This document shows positions 36,473-36,691 of a stretch of DNA of 36,691 nt, one piece after another (the stretch's first letter is position 1; each line of letters begins with the position of its first letter). The notes under the pieces were generated by a model. That model searched no databases. It had not been told where the DNA came from and was given only the letters and a program-made list of their open reading frames with translations. A program made the position numbers and the translations under genes. Source of the DNA: a virus (taxonomy: Duplodnaviria; Heunggongvirae; Uroviricota; Caudoviricetes); the IMG/VR virus record IMGVR_UViG_2718218358_000002. The stretch is one strand, 5' to 3'.

Positions 36473-36691
36473 ATGTTTCATTGTCCTTTATGCCAGCATG
36501 CCGCACATGCGCGTACAAGTCGCTATATCACTGACACGACAAAAGAGCGTTATCACCAGTGTCAGAACGTGAATTGCAGCGCCACGTTCATCACTTATGA
36601 GTCGGTACAGAGATACATCGTGAAGCCGGGAGAAGTCCACGCAGTAAGGCCGCACCCGTTGCCGTCAGGGCAGCAAATTATGTGGATGTAA
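36473..36691 (+). CDS. ogr: Late transcription activator Ogr (zinc finger), 72 aa
   Basis: ATG at 36473 (MFHCPLCQHAAHARTSRY...), 72 aa with CxxC...CxxC zinc-finger motifs; the ORF-track start at 36389 is an upstream extension. Confidence 0.85.
   Translation: MFHCPLCQHAAHARTSRYITDTTKERYHQCQNVNCSATFITYESVQRYIVKPGEVHAVRPHPLPSGQQIMWM

Larger units (their letters stand above)
1791..36691. mobile_element. P2-like (Peduovirus-type) prophage, truncated at the right by the window end
   Basis: Complete P2 gene order and gene sizes from int to ogr, P2 cos sequence, P2-type att core. Confidence 0.9.

Noticed and set aside
1-36691. CRISPR arrays, tRNA or rRNA genes
   Set aside because: No regularly spaced direct repeats with unique spacers were seen; no cloverleaf-compatible tRNA-like sequence noticed near att (P2-type sites are not tRNA-associated); no rRNA-like conserved stretches.

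Overview
The window is a short chromosomal flank (yegS on the minus strand, a yegR-like lipoprotein gene) followed by an almost complete P2-type prophage that runs from an attL core at 1791-1817 to the stop codon of ogr at the window end (attR lies beyond). Backbone genes are in P2 order with P2-like sizes: int, C, cox, B, orf80-83, A, cos, Q, P, O, N, M, L, X, Y, K, lysA/B/C, R, S, V, W, J, I, H, G, FI, FII, E/E', T, U, D, ogr. All calls are from reading the sequence and recalled P2 biology; no searches were run. Three AT-rich accessory loci interrupt the backbone at the classical P2 variable positions: (1) between A and cos, a 490-aa ABC-ATPase with a C-terminal TOPRIM-like domain (OLD/PARIS-like) in place of tin/old; (2) between S and V, a minus-strand gene for a 357-aa protein with two transmembrane helices and no recognisable family; (3) between G and FI, a 4.9-kb island with a BetT-like BCCT transporter, a four-TM membrane protein and a convergent HNH-motif protein. 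These are the best candidates for a phage-defence or lysogenic-conversion system; the S/V membrane protein and the HNH protein are the least explained.
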